A stretch of 62,246 bases of DNA, counting the filler. It is 4 parts of 4 records of this genome, joined end to end, with 100 filler letters (N's around TTAATTAATTAA, not from the genome) between each part and the next. Parts side by side here need not be neighbours in the genome. Positions count along the whole stretch, not along the records: positions 1 to 12,223 come from SRR31147125_4532; 3 more parts are not named here. The stretch is one strand, 5' to 3'. Shown here in pieces: positions 1-12,323 of this stretch; position 1 is the first letter of the stretch; each line of letters opens with the position of its first letter. The position numbers and the translations under genes were made by a program. The notes under the pieces are model-generated. The model saw only the letters and a list, made by a program, of their open reading frames with translations, was not told the DNA's origin and searched no databases.

Positions 1-49
1 GGGGGAATAGTAGAATTGAATGTTTACAGAAACTTAGGAGACTTTTCAA

Positions 50-87
50 GCATCAACCAAAGTTGTAGTATCAACTTTAGTTGATGC
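50..87. promoter_or_regulatory. Two tandem CAAC-N4-GTTG palindromes (54-65, 72-83) forming a 16-bp inverted repeat; candidate enhancer (UAS) for a sigma-54 activator
   Basis: GCATCAACCAAAGTTG-tagtat-CAACTTTAGTTGATGC, directly downstream of the NtrC-like gene; function inferred. Confidence 0.4.
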
Positions 88-115
88 CCTTAAATAGCCG
101 TAATGACAATGGCGG

Positions 116-1514
116 TTACTTTAAACGTTTACTCAATGCCTGAGGCGTGACTCCCAGCATTCGTGCGGCGGCCGATTGATTGCCTTCAGTTCGTGCCATC
201 GCCTCATCAACCAACAACTGGGAGATTTCTTTCAATGTCGGGAGAATGTCGGGAAAATAGACCTGATTCAATGCTTTGACCTGGCGGGCAGGCATGCGGC
301 GACAGTCTTTTCCAATACACTGGCGGAACTGATCAGCCTTAAGGCTCCCCTGACCATGAACGCTTATGACGTCAAATATGATCGAACGCAATTCTCTGAC
401 ATTTCCAGGAAAAGAATATCCCATCAGTAAGGGAATGACATCCGCTTCTACCGCTGGCACCTTCTTTTCAAACTGTTCTGCGGCCATTGTTAGAAAATGC
501 GTAAGTAGAATTGAAATATCTTCGGGGCGTTCACGCATAGGCGGAATGTGAATATGATGTGTTTTCAAACGGTAATGAAGGTCGCGCCGGAAGGTCCCCT
601 TCAACTTTTTTTGATAAATCCTGATTTGTCGCAGTCACAATCCGTGCTGCTGTCTTTTTCGGAATATCACTTCCAAGCGGATAATACTCACCTTCCTGCA
701 GCAGGCGCAGTAACTTTACCTGCGTCCTGAGCGACAGGTCACCAATTTCATCTAGGAACAGGATTCCCGACCCCGCTTCTTCAATCATCCCTTTGCGTCC
801 CTGATCGGCACCAGTATAAGCCCCAACCGTGTGACCAAAAAGAGTATCACTGAAAACCATTTCGTCTAGACCGGCCACGTTCACTGGAACAAGCGGCTTG
901 TCGGGACAGCAGAGCTGATGGAATTCGCGTACGATCAACTCCTTGCCAACGCCACTCTCACCAGTCACGAGAACCGGTTCATAACTCCGGCAGATCGCTT
1001 TAATGTACGAGAAAATACCGGACATGAGCTGACTTCTGGTTATGATTGAGCGAAAACCATGCACCGACTCAGAGCCATCGAGAACCGTTCTGGCAAGTTG
1101 CTGATTTTCTTCAACCAGGGATGAATGCTTCAGCGTTCTCTTGATGCCATTGATGACGCGCTCACTCTCATCGGTTTTGACATAATAATCAGCAGCGCCG
1201 ATCTTGACGCATTTGATCGCAACTTCAATTTGATTCATCCCGCTGATCATGATGACGGGTAGAGACGGATACTGGTTGACGATCATTTCGAGCAACGCAT
1301 CACCGTTTAGATATGGCATCGTCAAATCAAGCAGAACAAGACTGAAGACCTCGCCTTCCAACAGAGACATGACCTCGCGACTGTCATGGCAGGTTTTGAC
1401 GTTATTGATCCCTGCGGCCACTTTCAATGTGAGGGCCATACTGTGTGTCCAGGAAGACTCATCATCAACCATCAATATCGGTTTTTCCGGAAATACCCTG
1501 TTCGTTCCCATCAT
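116..1514 (-). CDS. Sigma-54-dependent response regulator (NtrC family: REC-AAA+-Fis HTH), split by a frameshift near 596-612
   Basis: REC (LMVDDE, LLDLTMP), Walker A GESGVGKE, GAYTGA loop, LFLDEIGDL; the second ORF continues FRRDLHYRL, FPGNVREL and HTH GNQSAAARMLG. Confidence 0.92.
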
Positions 1515-4500
1515 TGATCTCCTGCAATCGGCAATAACAGTTGAGCCGTTGTGCCTTCTTCACTGTTTGAATGGAACTCAAGACGTCCATGATGCTCTTT
1601 GACAATACGTGCCGAAACCGACAGCCCAAGACCCGTTCCTCCCTGCTCCCTCTTGGTCGTCACAAACGGTTCAAAAATGCGATCCATCAGTTGTGGATCG
1701 ATTCCTCGCCCTTCGTCATGCACAACAATTCTGACCAACTGATCCGACACGGAAGAAGAAACGGTGATCTTTTTATCTTTTGACTCCAAGGCCTGACAAG
1801 CGTTGATCATAAGATTGATCAAGACCTGCTCCAGTCGGCCTTTGATTCCCTTAACCCGCGGAAGGTTGTCAGTGAGCTCCAGAACAAAGTGGTCTGTGTT
1901 TTTACGAATCGTATTACGGACCAGTCGAGCCGAGGTTTTGACAACCTCAGTCAGGTCAACAAGTTCCATTCTGTCTCCGCTGTCCTGACGGGCAAAATCA
2001 CGCAGATCATTGACAATATGCTTGATCCTCTGAGAAGAATCATGAATTGTAGGGAGCAGGGTGTTGATCTCATCCAGGGCTTCTTCTAAAGGAAGGCCAG
2101 CAAGAGTCAGGTCCTCCGGCATCTCCAGTGATTTCAAATGCGGAATCAGATCCGAGAATATCTTTTCCAGCAAATGACTGTTATAAAGGGTCAAAGCATT
2201 GGGATTGTTAATTTCGTGAGCCACCCCGGCAGCAAGCTCCCCCAACGACGCAAGACGGTTTGAACGCTCGTTGTCCTTCTGGAGCTGCCTCTGCTCGGTA
2301 ATATCACGTCCCAGGACAACCAGTCCTTTGCGCTCTCCGTTGACTTCAAACAGCGGCACTTTAATCAGATCAAACAGCTTATTGTTTCCATCCAGAGTCG
2401 GAATTTCCTCTTCACAGCGGGTTGGCTCACTGGCCTTCCAAGTAGCTTCATCGCTCGCACGGCAAGACTGGAAAGCATTTTTATAAAGTTCTTGTGTGTA
2501 CTCTGCGAGCTCCAGATCTGTCTTCCCCCGATAATCAACATCCTCCAGACAAAACAACTCCAAATCTGACTTATTTGCTTCAAGCCAGCGCCCTTCGGCA
2601 TCTTTAAAACAGATAATATCGGGCGTTGCGTTGATTAATGTCCGCAATCGCTCCTCACTATCCCTGAGAGCGGCCTCCGCCTGCTTTCGATCAGTCATAT
2701 CGCGGGCGACATGAATGAAGTACTCGGGATGGCCGTCAGCGACCGGCATGGGTGTGGTTGTGACGAAAAAACTATTGTCTGAAAACGGCAGCTCGATCGT
2801 TTCGGAATGGGTCTCACCGTCCTGAAACGTTTTCTTAAGAGGACAGTCCGGACAGCATTCGCTCGTCTTCCAGAACAGGTCACAGCATTTCTGATTGGCC
2901 AGTTGCCCCGGTTCGATCCTAAGACGCTCAAAGGCTGCCTTATTCGCCCTGACGACATTCATCTGACGGTCATGGATTGTCACCATGTCGGTCATGGTGT
3001 CAAAGGTCTTTTCCCACTCATCTTTGGCCTGAATAATTTTTTCTTCTTGGCGCTTTTTCACCACGAGATTCCACGCCAGATCGGCTAGAGTCTCAATGAT
3101 TTCAATATCCGTCGTATTGTATGCGGTCGGTTTGTTCCCGACTCCCAGAATTGCAACAATACGCCCTTCTCTGGAGATGGGAGCAACAAGCTCCCGGGTT
3201 ACCGGAGCATGACCTTCAGGGAGCCCCTTCTTGTGTTTCAAAGAAGCGTAATCATTGTGGATGATCGTCTTTTTCTCACGCACACAATCAACCCAAACAC
3301 CCGCCTTATTCAGCGGATAATGCTCATCGAACGATGTCACTTTACAAAAATTCTGCAGCGTATTTGTCGACCAAGCCTGGAGGGAAATCGTTTGCTGGGC
3401 TTCGTCAATAAAATGGAAGAATCCGATCTCACTGGCTGTCAGCTTTTCAGAATGATTCAGAAACTCAACCAAAAGATCCTTGATCGTGTTCTTCTCTGCG
3501 AAGCGGCTGAGGTGGAGCTGGGTCTGTACAATGTTTTCTTTAGTCTTGCGTTGGGTAATATCTCGCAACGCCGTTAAACGGATAGACTCGCCTTTAAACT
3601 CCATCATACGTGCCTGGATCTCGGCCGGAAATGTTGTTCCGTCCTTTCTCAGGGCAACAGTTTCATAGGCTTCGGTCTGATCCGACATCATCTGAGTCCG
3701 TACCTGCTCTCGTTCATTTTCTACAATCCAATTGGTTCCAGGTTGACCGACCGCCTCCTCTTCTGTGTAACCGAACATCATTTCAGCGGTTTTGTTCTGA
3801 CCGATACAGATACCATTTTGAGAGAGAAAAATCGCTTCAAACGAAGCATCGGAAAGAGTTCGCAAATACTCCTCAGACGCTTTTAACTGTTCCTCCACCA
3901 GTTTTTCACGAGTAACATCTTGTACTGTTCCGATCGATACCATCGGGTTTCCCGTACAGTCGTACAAGGTATCACAGCGCTCATGGACATGTTTAAGCGA
4001 TCCATCCGGTAAAAGAACGCGATGAACGATGTTATATGGCTGTTTTTTGTCAACCGATTCCTGGTATGCGTTCAGCACCATCTCCCTGTCATCCGGGTGA
4101 ATGATATTGGTAAACAATTTGAGTGACGGGGCCTGTTCTGCAGGATCGATCTGAAATATACGGAATATTTCATCAGACCATTCGAGCTGGTCACGATCAA
4201 CATCGTACTTCCAACTACCAATACTGGCTATCGACTGTGCCTGATTCAACGTCTTCTGTTTGTCTTCTAATTGCTTTTGTGTGGATTTCAGTTGCGAGAT
4301 ATCAAGTGCTGTAAAAATAACACCGGTACTCAAATCGTTGAAATCGAGCGGTGTTGAACTGAGGATGATATCGATCACGCTCCCCGACTTTGTTTGAAAT
4401 ACCGTTTCAACGCGCCCGGTTCCATGTGCTGAGATCTGTTCATACTTGATACGGCCGACGCGTTCGAACTCCTCCTGACTTAGATATAGAAAACGCGCCC

Positions 4501-5076
4501 TTTTCCCTTGAATCTCTTCATTTGAATAACCGATCATCCTTTCCATGGTCGAATTGATCCACTGCAGTTTTCTGTCAACCACCAGACCAATGCCCGCAGG
4601 TGCAGAACGAAGAATACTTTGCACGTATTTTTCGTGTTCGCGTGCTGATTTCAACGCATCAGTCAGTTTTTTCTTGTTTTTTGCCAACTGAAGCTGAAGT
4701 TCGTGCTGTTTAATTTGTGATGCGATCCGTTTTTTGAGCAGCAGAGGCTTAATCGGTTTGGTCACGTAGTCAGCTGCTCCAGCATCGAAGCCTTCTGCCT
4801 CATTTTCATTGCTGCTCAGGCCAGTAATAAAAATGACAGGGATATCTTTCGTCTGTGGGCGATCTTTGATTTTACGACAGACCTCATAGCCGGACAGTCC
4901 CTGCATGACAACGTCCATTAAAATTAGGTCCGGGTTGTGACAGTCAGACAGTTGCTTCAATGCGGTCTCGCCATCCAGAACAACTGATACGTCATATTCT
5001 TTTTGCAGAAGAGTTACGAGTCCTTCTACCGTTAGCACATCGTCTTCAACAATCAGTATTCTCTTTTTGTAGCCAT
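1511..5076 (-). CDS. Hybrid sensor histidine kinase (N-terminal REC, several PAS/PAC, GAF, HisKA, HATPase_c)
   Basis: ILIVEDD/DLILMD receiver; PAS repeats; H-box AGVAHEINNP; N/G boxes, FEPFVTTK and GTGLGL. The true start is probably ATG 5076 (MATKKRIL) with one base missing in the run at 5064-5068; the ORF track start is 5110. Confidence 0.9.
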
Positions 5077-5401
5077 AAAAAAACCCCACTAAGACATTAG
5101 CAAGGGCCAATAAAGCACATTTCAGGAAAAACTACAACTTTTGTTTAAGTCCTACAGAGTAATAATGTTCAGGACGTTCTTCTATAGAAGAGGCCAATAC
5201 ATCAACTGTCGGATGCATTGAATGTCCAAAATCTTCATTGATCAATTCAAAAGTTGCTTCAAATTAAGACGCCATTCTTCAAAGAAATTTATGACAGAAA
5301 AAATTTCAAAAGAACAGGAAAGTAGTTGCTAGAATCATATATCAGCTCATAACTCAGTCACTCTGACGATTCAAAAACCTACCTAATACGGCCATGTTCT
5401 T

Positions 5402-5437
5402 CCGATACCATACAAAAATTGTTTTGTATGGTATCGG
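5402..5437. repeat. Perfect 16-bp inverted repeat with a 4-nt loop (terminator-like or protein-binding site)
   Basis: CCGATACCATACAAAA-attg-TTTTGTATGGTATCGG. Confidence 0.6.
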
Positions 5438-5499
5438 TAATATTAGCCCGCATGTCACGAGTTTTGAGACACGCCTCAGCTCATCTAAGCAAGCCTTAT

Positions 5500-7745
5500 C
5501 TATCTATATTTATTATCAAGCACATCCCTGATAGTTTTGGCGAGCGTCGTCAACTCCAAGGGTTTCATCAGAAAGGCATGAATGCCAAGGGCTTTAGCTT
5601 CATCATCATCGATTTTGCTACTGAAACCGGTAAAGATAATGGTAGGGATATCTGCTCTGACTTTTTTGATCTCTGCAATCAGATCTTTGCCGGTTAACTT
5701 CGGCATGGTCTGATCGGTGATCACAAGATCGAATGAATCAGCATTAGCCGTAAACAGTTTCAAGGCTTCTGAGCTATCTGTCATCATGCTGACCTGATAA
5801 CCCAGCGTGCTCAACAGCCGTCTTCCTAGAGTTGCCACGTCCTCTTCATCATCAACAAAGAGAATCTTCTCCGTTCCGCCGGGTGTATTGGTGTGCTCCA
5901 CAATGGGTTCTCCGCTGCTGCCTTGTCCAACAATCGGGAAATAAAGGTCAAACACAGCTCCCTGTCCAAGGACGCTGTTGACCTTAACAACCCCTTTATG
6001 TTGTGCAACAACCCCCTGTACAGTTGAAAGTCCTAGCCCAGCACCCTCATACTCTTCTTTGGTAGAAAAGAAAGGATCAAATATTTTATCGAGCATTTCA
6101 GCAGGCATACCACAGCCGTTATCCTGAACGCTGAGTTTGGCGTAAAGACCAGGGGGCAGTCGTATTGTGTGGGGATATTCTTCTGCTCAAGTTCAACAAT
6201 TTGCAGGGAAATAATCAATTCCCCTTTTTCATCCATAGCTTGAACAGCGTTGTTACACAGATTGATCAAAACTTCCTGAATCTGCGAAGCATCGGCACTA
6301 ATCAAGTTGTCTTTACAATCTGGTGCTAAATCTTTCTTTAAAGTCACAGTGCTTGGCAGGGTTGAACTGACCAAGTCGATGGTTTCATCAATGATAGTTA
6401 TCAACTGTATTGGGACGGGGTTCTGAATTCCTGTGCGGCTGTAAGTAATGATCTTCTTAACTAAATCACGTGATCGCCGGACCGCTATTTTGGCGTTTTC
6501 CAGCAATAGCATAACCTCATTGCCGGGGGCTTGCTTCATTTGTGATAATTCAATGTTACCCAAAATAATAGAAAGATTGTTATTGAAGTTGTGCGCCATA
6601 CCTCCGGCCATATAACCGACAGCTTCCATCTTGTGTTTCTGGTGTAATTGAACTTCAAGCTCACGCCGCTGGTCTTCAGCTTTCTTGCGATCAGTAATGT
6701 CGGTAAAGACGACAATCCCGGCAACGATCTCTTCCTTTTTGTTTTTGATGGGGGCAGCATTCGCAGATACAATGTGGTCAGATCCATCAACGTCTCGCAC
6801 AATGAAATCCCGACTGTTTTCTTCCCCATACATGATAGATCGAGCGAGTGGAACGTCATCCATGGCCAGTGGATTGCCGTCAAGATCAAAGAGCTTCCTC
6901 TTGGCGACGTATTGATCGACACCAATGCCATTAACAATGGTTTCGCGGTCTTCCCCGCGAATGAGCAATCCGGCATCATTGACATAGCGAAGCTTACCAC
7001 CAGGTGCGTCAGCAATGGCAATTCCTGCTGGACTACAATCCATGGCGGCCTGAAGTATGGCATGGGATTCATGGATAGCTTCTTCAGCTTGTTCACGTTG
7101 TTCTTCACGTTGAGCAAGTGATGACGCCATCGAGTTAAAAACGTTGATGATGGAATGAATTTCCTGCGTTTCCGCAAGGAGCTTCGATGTTGTGAAATGG
7201 CCATCTGCCACTGCATGAATATCCATTTGCAGTTTTTGCAGAGGTTTTGACAGGTGCCGTCTAAGGAGGAAGTTGACCAGCAGAAAGGTCAGGACAATCG
7301 AAACGCCCACCATGCTCAAGCTGGTCAGCAGAGCATGTTTACTCTTATCTTTTAAAGAGGTATCGGTGAAAACCAGTTCAAGGGCACCAACTGCTGTTTT
7401 CCCCTCATAACGCAGCTCTCTTCGCAGAGAGTAAGCAGAAATCTCGTCTATATATCCTCTTTCGACAACAACCTTGTTCTCATTGTCGGTGAGTCGTAAA
7501 CCTCTAACGTCTGAGGTTCCCATCGACAAGTCAGCGAGTTGTTCTGCCGAACTCAGATCAAACAACCACAGTTGTTGCGTGAAAGTATCCCCGAGATGCT
7601 TCGCATACAGGTTAATACTCTTTTTAAACTCTTCCTCTCCAATGTGAACAGAGACGACATAGGAGACAACACCGATCAGCAAATTAACGCAAATCAGGAC
7701 AATTGCGATCCGGAAATTCAGTAATTGACTAATACTCCGCTTCAT
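5500..7745 (-). CDS. Membrane hybrid histidine kinase (2 TM, HAMP, PAS, HisKA, HATPase_c, C-terminal REC), frameshifted at the run 6152-6156
   Basis: H-box GGMAHNFNN; restoring one C gives YDCPPGLYAKLSVQDNGCGMPAEMLDKIFDPFFSTK, collinear with the paralogue at 11309; REC ILFVDDE...ITDQTMP. Confidence 0.88.
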
Positions 7746-7897
7746 GGGGTACTTTCAAATGGTTTGGTTAAAAATGTTTCAATTCACTCATTTGTGACTT
7801 GGAAGAAATGGCCATCTCTTTGATCTCTGCTGTGCTGGCCTTAATGGCGGCTATTATGAGCTTCCGCTATCTTAAAGACGGTCAATTACCACAAGAA

Positions 7898-8778
7898 TTA
7901 TTTTGATTCTTCTTCACTCGACAAAATTGGTTCAACAACAAGTCGGTTAAATTGCTCTCTAAAATATTCAATCTGTGATTCATCCATCATAGGGGCAAAT
8001 AACTGGAAAAAATCATCATTGGTAGCTTCTTGTTTCAATATAGAATTAACTTTATCAATCATTTTCCCGCCCCATTTGTTTTTTGGAGCAGTGATGTACC
8101 CTACGTTAAATTGGTCATGCTCCTTTAGCGGTATATATGCAATCTCGTCGACTACTTGCATATTTCTTGCGTCATATTGTAGAGAACTAACAGACAGGAT
8201 GTAGTCGACACGGTTATTTAATAACATTTGCAGCGATTTTTCTCCCATCTTAGTCGTGTCATGGATTACAGTGACGTTCTCATTTGAACTGTGTTTCTTC
8301 AGTATCCCATCCAAACTCTTGCCGAAACTTACTGATTCCATTAGCAGGAATCTTAATGCCTTGTTCTGCAAAACAGCATCAAGAGATACGGGAACCCCAC
8401 CGCCAAAAGTGTTAAGATCTTCTTTTCTGACCACTATAGAGATGGGGGAGAAATTCTGCATGGGTATGAAAAGTGGAGAATCTCTTCCCGTTCAGGAGTT
8501 TTATATAAACCATAGAAAAGCTGTTTTTCTCCTGCCTTAGCTTGGGACACAATTCGTTTGATCGGGGTCAAACGCAGCTCATGCTCGTACTCGGGCATTT
8601 TATCTTGAATGAAGTTCAGCAACTCATATCCCACGCCATCTACAAGTTGGTTGTCTTCACAAATGTAAAGAGGTGAAAAGCAGATAAATGGCCATACGAT
8701 GGTTTCTTTTGCGTTCGCGCCGCTAAAACTAACGGGTAAAAGAAAAAACAACAAAAGGCTTGTTAGCAAAAATTTCAT
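7898..8778 (-). CDS. Periplasmic substrate-binding-like protein (TIGR02285/SBP_bac_3-like), frameshifted at 8444-8448
   Basis: Signal peptide; motifs P(LY)I..G.G, MPEYEH, LYKTPERE and MLLNNRVDY; one added C joins the two ORFs. Confidence 0.7.
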
Positions 8779-9162
8779 GTTTTTGGACCAGTCTTTTTTG
8801 TGTTAAACGAAAAGAGAGATTAGAATAATCTTAACATAGGCCCGAGAAAAAAACTATCCGATTTTGCCGATAATGATTCCTAAATGTAGAGACGACTTTG
8901 AACGTGAGAAACGTTTAGTCAGACCAGAGAACTTCCAAAGCAAGATGAATGTCGCAAGCAAGCTGAACGGAGCAAACAGGAATACTTCGACCAGCTCGTC
9001 CTCTCTTTCGATCACTACACTGATTAAGGCTTAACCCGTAACGAAGCAATCAGACCCAATGACCACGAGGAACATATATAGATCTAATCTCTGAACCTTT
9101 ACAATATGTTTTACCGTGGCACTTCCTTTGCAAATTCAGTGGCCTGAAAGGGAAAGATTGCC

Positions 9163-9984
9163 ATGCGACAGAAAGATCTGATTATTTTTACGGACCTGGA
9201 TGGGACACTTCTTGACCATCACAGTTACAGCTGGGAGCCCGCACGTCCTGCCCTTAACATGCTGAAAAAGGATATTCCCGTTGTTCTCTGCACCAGCAAA
9301 ACAGCTGCTGAAGTTGAGTTATTACATGGGGAATTCGGTCTTGAAACACCATATATAGTCGAGAATGGCTCGGCTGTGATTGTCCCGAAAAATAGTCAGT
9401 GGCAATCCCAGAGTGATCATTTTTTCGGCAAAACTTACGAAGAGATCCTGACCGTACTTCATGATCTGCGCCGCAGAACGGCGTACCCCTTCACCGGTTT
9501 TGATGACCTGACAGTATTAGAAGTTGCCGAGCTGACGGGTTTGCCCGAAGAGAAAGCGATTCTTTCTAAACAACGACTCTGCAGTGAGCCATTCCTCTGG
9601 AATGGAGATGACGAGCTTCTCCTTCGGTTGAAAGCGGATTTGCGCAAGCAGAAAATCAAGCTTCTTCAAGGAGGACGTTTTTATCACGCCGTCGCCGAAG
9701 GCAGCGGTAAAGGCAATGCGCTTCGCTGGTACTTAGCAAAATGCTTTCAGCAAGACCCTTCACGACAGTATTTCAGCGTTGCCCTGGGAGATGGCCCCAA
9801 CGATGAAGAGATGCTCGAAGCTGCGGATCTGGCAGTCATTATCCCATCCCAGAGTGGACACTCACCAAGGCCACGCAACAGTAAAATACTTCATGCAACA
9901 GAGCCCGGTCCTGAAGGTTGGAATCAGGCGATTCTGAAGATCCTTCAATGCCACTTCAGTTCAGGAGAAGATTATCATGGCTGA
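9163..9984 (+). CDS. mpgP: HAD-IIB mannosyl/glucosyl-3-phosphoglycerate phosphatase
   Basis: FTDLDGTLLD, CTSKT.AE, IVENG, GGRFYH and LGDGPND motifs; adjacent to the synthase. Confidence 0.9.
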   Translation: MRQKDLIIFTDLDGTLLDHHSYSWEPARPALNMLKKDIPVVLCTSKTAAEVELLHGEFGLETPYIVENGSAVIVPKNSQWQSQSDHFFGKTYEEILTVLHDLRRRTAYPFTGFDDLTVLEVAELTGLPEEKAILSKQRLCSEPFLWNGDDELLLRLKADLRKQKIKLLQGGRFYHAVAEGSGKGNALRWYLAKCFQQDPSRQYFSVALGDGPNDEEMLEAADLAVIIPSQSGHSPRPRNSKILHATEPGPEGWNQAILKILQCHFSSGEDYHG

Positions 9985-11190
9985 TTTTGTTCAAAATGGT
10001 GTCATCACCACGTTACATAATTTAACCGATCGATCCGTTGGTGATCTTGAGAGTGAACTTGAACGTTTTTCATCACGCAGCCCGATGAGTCTGGTTCTGC
10101 CTTCACTTTTCTCTGAACTGGAGGGTCCGGCACTGGGACCGATTCTGGATGATTTAAAAGACGCGCGCTACCTGCGTGAGATCGTCATCGGTCTCGACCG
10201 CGCCGATGCCAACCAGTTTCACTATGCCAAAGAGTATTTTGGACGGCTCCCCCAGGAGCATCGTATTCTTTGGAATGACGGTCCCCGCTTGAAAGCCGTG
10301 GATCAGATGCTCGAAAGCAAAGGGCTAGCCCCTCCGAACCAGGCAAAGGGCGCAATGTCTGGTACTGCTTCGGCTACGTCCTTGCTTCAGGTCGCAGCAA
10401 GGCAGTCGCGCTCCACGATTGTGATATCGTGACCTACAAGCGAGAGATGCTGGCCCGCCTTATCTATCCGGTGGCGAATCCGAATTTTAACTACCAGTTC
10501 TGCAAGGGATACTATTCCCGCATTGCCAACGGCAGCCTCAATGGACGCGTCTGTCGCCTCCTGGTCAGCCCTCTGATTCACTCCCTGCAGAAGATCGTCG
10601 GCCACTCCGACTATCTCGATTACCTCAACAGTTTTCGCTATGCATTGGCGGGCGAATTCTCGATGCGCGTCGAAGTCCTGAATGATCTACGCATTCCGAG
10701 TGACTGGGGTCTAGAAATCGGTGTCATTTCAGAAATGTACAGAAACTACGCCACCAGCCGGATCTGCCAGGTCGATATTGCCGACATCTATGATCATAAG
10801 CATCAGGATCTGTCTGCAGCAGACCCGCAAAATGGTCTGTCCCGCATGAGCACCGATATCACCAAAGCGGTCATCCGCAAGCTGGCGACACAAGGCAATG
10901 TGTTTTCCAACGAGACATTCCGCAGCCTCAAAGCCACCTACTTCAGGACAGCTCTCGACTTTGTTGAACGGTTTTATAACGACGCTCTGATGAACGGCCT
11001 TAAAATTGACCGCCATAAAGAAGAAAAGGCCGTGGAACTGTTCGCCGAAAATATCGTTCGCGCCGGTGAGACGTTCTTGACCAATCCGATGGAAACCCCC
11101 TTCATGCCAAGCTGGAACCGCGTCATCAGTGCCGTTCCGGACATTCTCGATCATATCTATGAGGCCGTCGAAGAGGACAATAAAGACTAG
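9977..11190 (+). CDS. gpgS: Glucosyl-3-phosphoglycerate synthase (GpgS-type glycosyltransferase), frameshifted at the C-run 10329-10332
   Basis: MADFVQNGVITTLH, LVLPSLFSEL; one added C restores PGKGRNVWYCFGY...LHDCDIVTY; GRVCRL, YALAGEF, DWGLEIG and YDHKHQ follow. Confidence 0.82.
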
Positions 11191-11308
11191 TGCTTCTTAT
11201 TGAGGAACTGTGATCACAATGTGGTAAGAGGGAGAATAAGAGTGATTCCATAGGCTTCAGCGCTAAAAGGCTAAATAAAGCTGGCTGACCAATACTGAAG
11301 GATTACGT

Positions 11309-12223
11309 CTACTCATCGAATATGAGCCTTATGGTCTGTAGCAGTTCCGGGAAAGCAATTGGCTTCATCATAAAGTGATGAATTCCCAGATCTCTGGCTT
11401 TTTCTTCATCAATTTTACTACTATAGCCGGTACACAATATCGTCGGGGTATCGGCCCGGACCGCTTTGATCCTCTGTATGAGATCAACACCGCTCAAACC
11501 CGGCATCGTCTGATCCGAGATAACAATATCAAAGTGCTCCGGATGGTTCATAAAGAGCATTAAAGCTTCATGGCTGTCACATACCATCGACACAGTGTAG
11601 CCCCTGCTACGAAGCATCTGTGCGCCCAATTCGGCCACGGCCTTGTCATCATCTACGAGAAGAATCCGCTCTGTGCCTCCGGGCAGGAAGCGTTCGTCCG
11701 TGATTGTCGAATCTTCATTTTCGGCCTTAACGTGAGGAAAATATATTTCGAATGCGGTCCCAACACCTAGAGCGCTGTTCACTTTGATCAAACCACCATG
11801 CTGAGCAACGATCCCCTGAACAGTGGATAGTCCCATCCCTGCGCCTTCGTATTCTTCTTTGGTTGAGAAGAATGGATCGAATATTTTATCAATCAATTCT
11901 TCGGGAATTCCCGTTCCAGTATCTTGAACGGTCACCTTGCAGTAAGTTCCGGGTCGACAATCATCGTACTGTGGCGGGATGTCTTCTTTTCTGAGCCTGG
12001 AAGGCTCAAGAGAGATGGTCAAATCTCCATTTTCATCCATTGCCTGAACAGCGTTATTGCACAGATTGATCATGACTTCCTGGATCTGTGACGGGTCGGC
12101 GCTGATATAATTGGAGGAACAATCGGGGTTGTATCGTGTTTTAACGTTCACCGTAGACGGCAGAGTCGACCTCAGTAAAGACAGCGTTTCATCAAGAATA
12201 GCAGACAACTGCAGTGACTCTTT
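11309..12223 (-). CDS. Hybrid histidine kinase, C-terminal part (HATPase_c + REC), 5'-truncated by the contig end
   Basis: QIQEVMINLCNNAVQAM, FDPFFSTKEEYEGAGMGLS and REC ILLVDDD...SDQTMP. Confidence 0.88.
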   Translation of the reverse strand, partial: KESLQLSAILDETLSLLRSTLPSTVNVKTRYNPDCSSNYISADPSQIQEVMINLCNNAVQAMDENGDLTISLEPSRLRKEDIPPQYDDCRPGTYCKVTVQDTGTGIPEELIDKIFDPFFSTKEEYEGAGMGLSTVQGIVAQHGGLIKVNSALGVGTAFEIYFPHVKAENEDSTITDERFLPGGTERILLVDDDKAVAELGAQMLRSRGYTVSMVCDSHEALMLFMNHPEHFDIVISDQTMPGLSGVDLIQRIKAVRADTPTILCTGYSSKIDEEKARDLGIHHFMMKPIAFPELLQTIRLIFDE

Positions 12224-12323
12224 NNNNNNNNNNNNNNNNNNNNNNNNNNNNNNNNNNNNNNNNNNNNTTAATTAATTAANNNNNNNNNNNNNNNNNNNNN
12301 NNNNNNNNNNNNNNNNNNNNNNN
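12224..12323. other. Artificial contig linker
   Basis: 44 N + TTAATTAATTAA (stops in all six frames) + 44 N. Confidence 0.98.
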
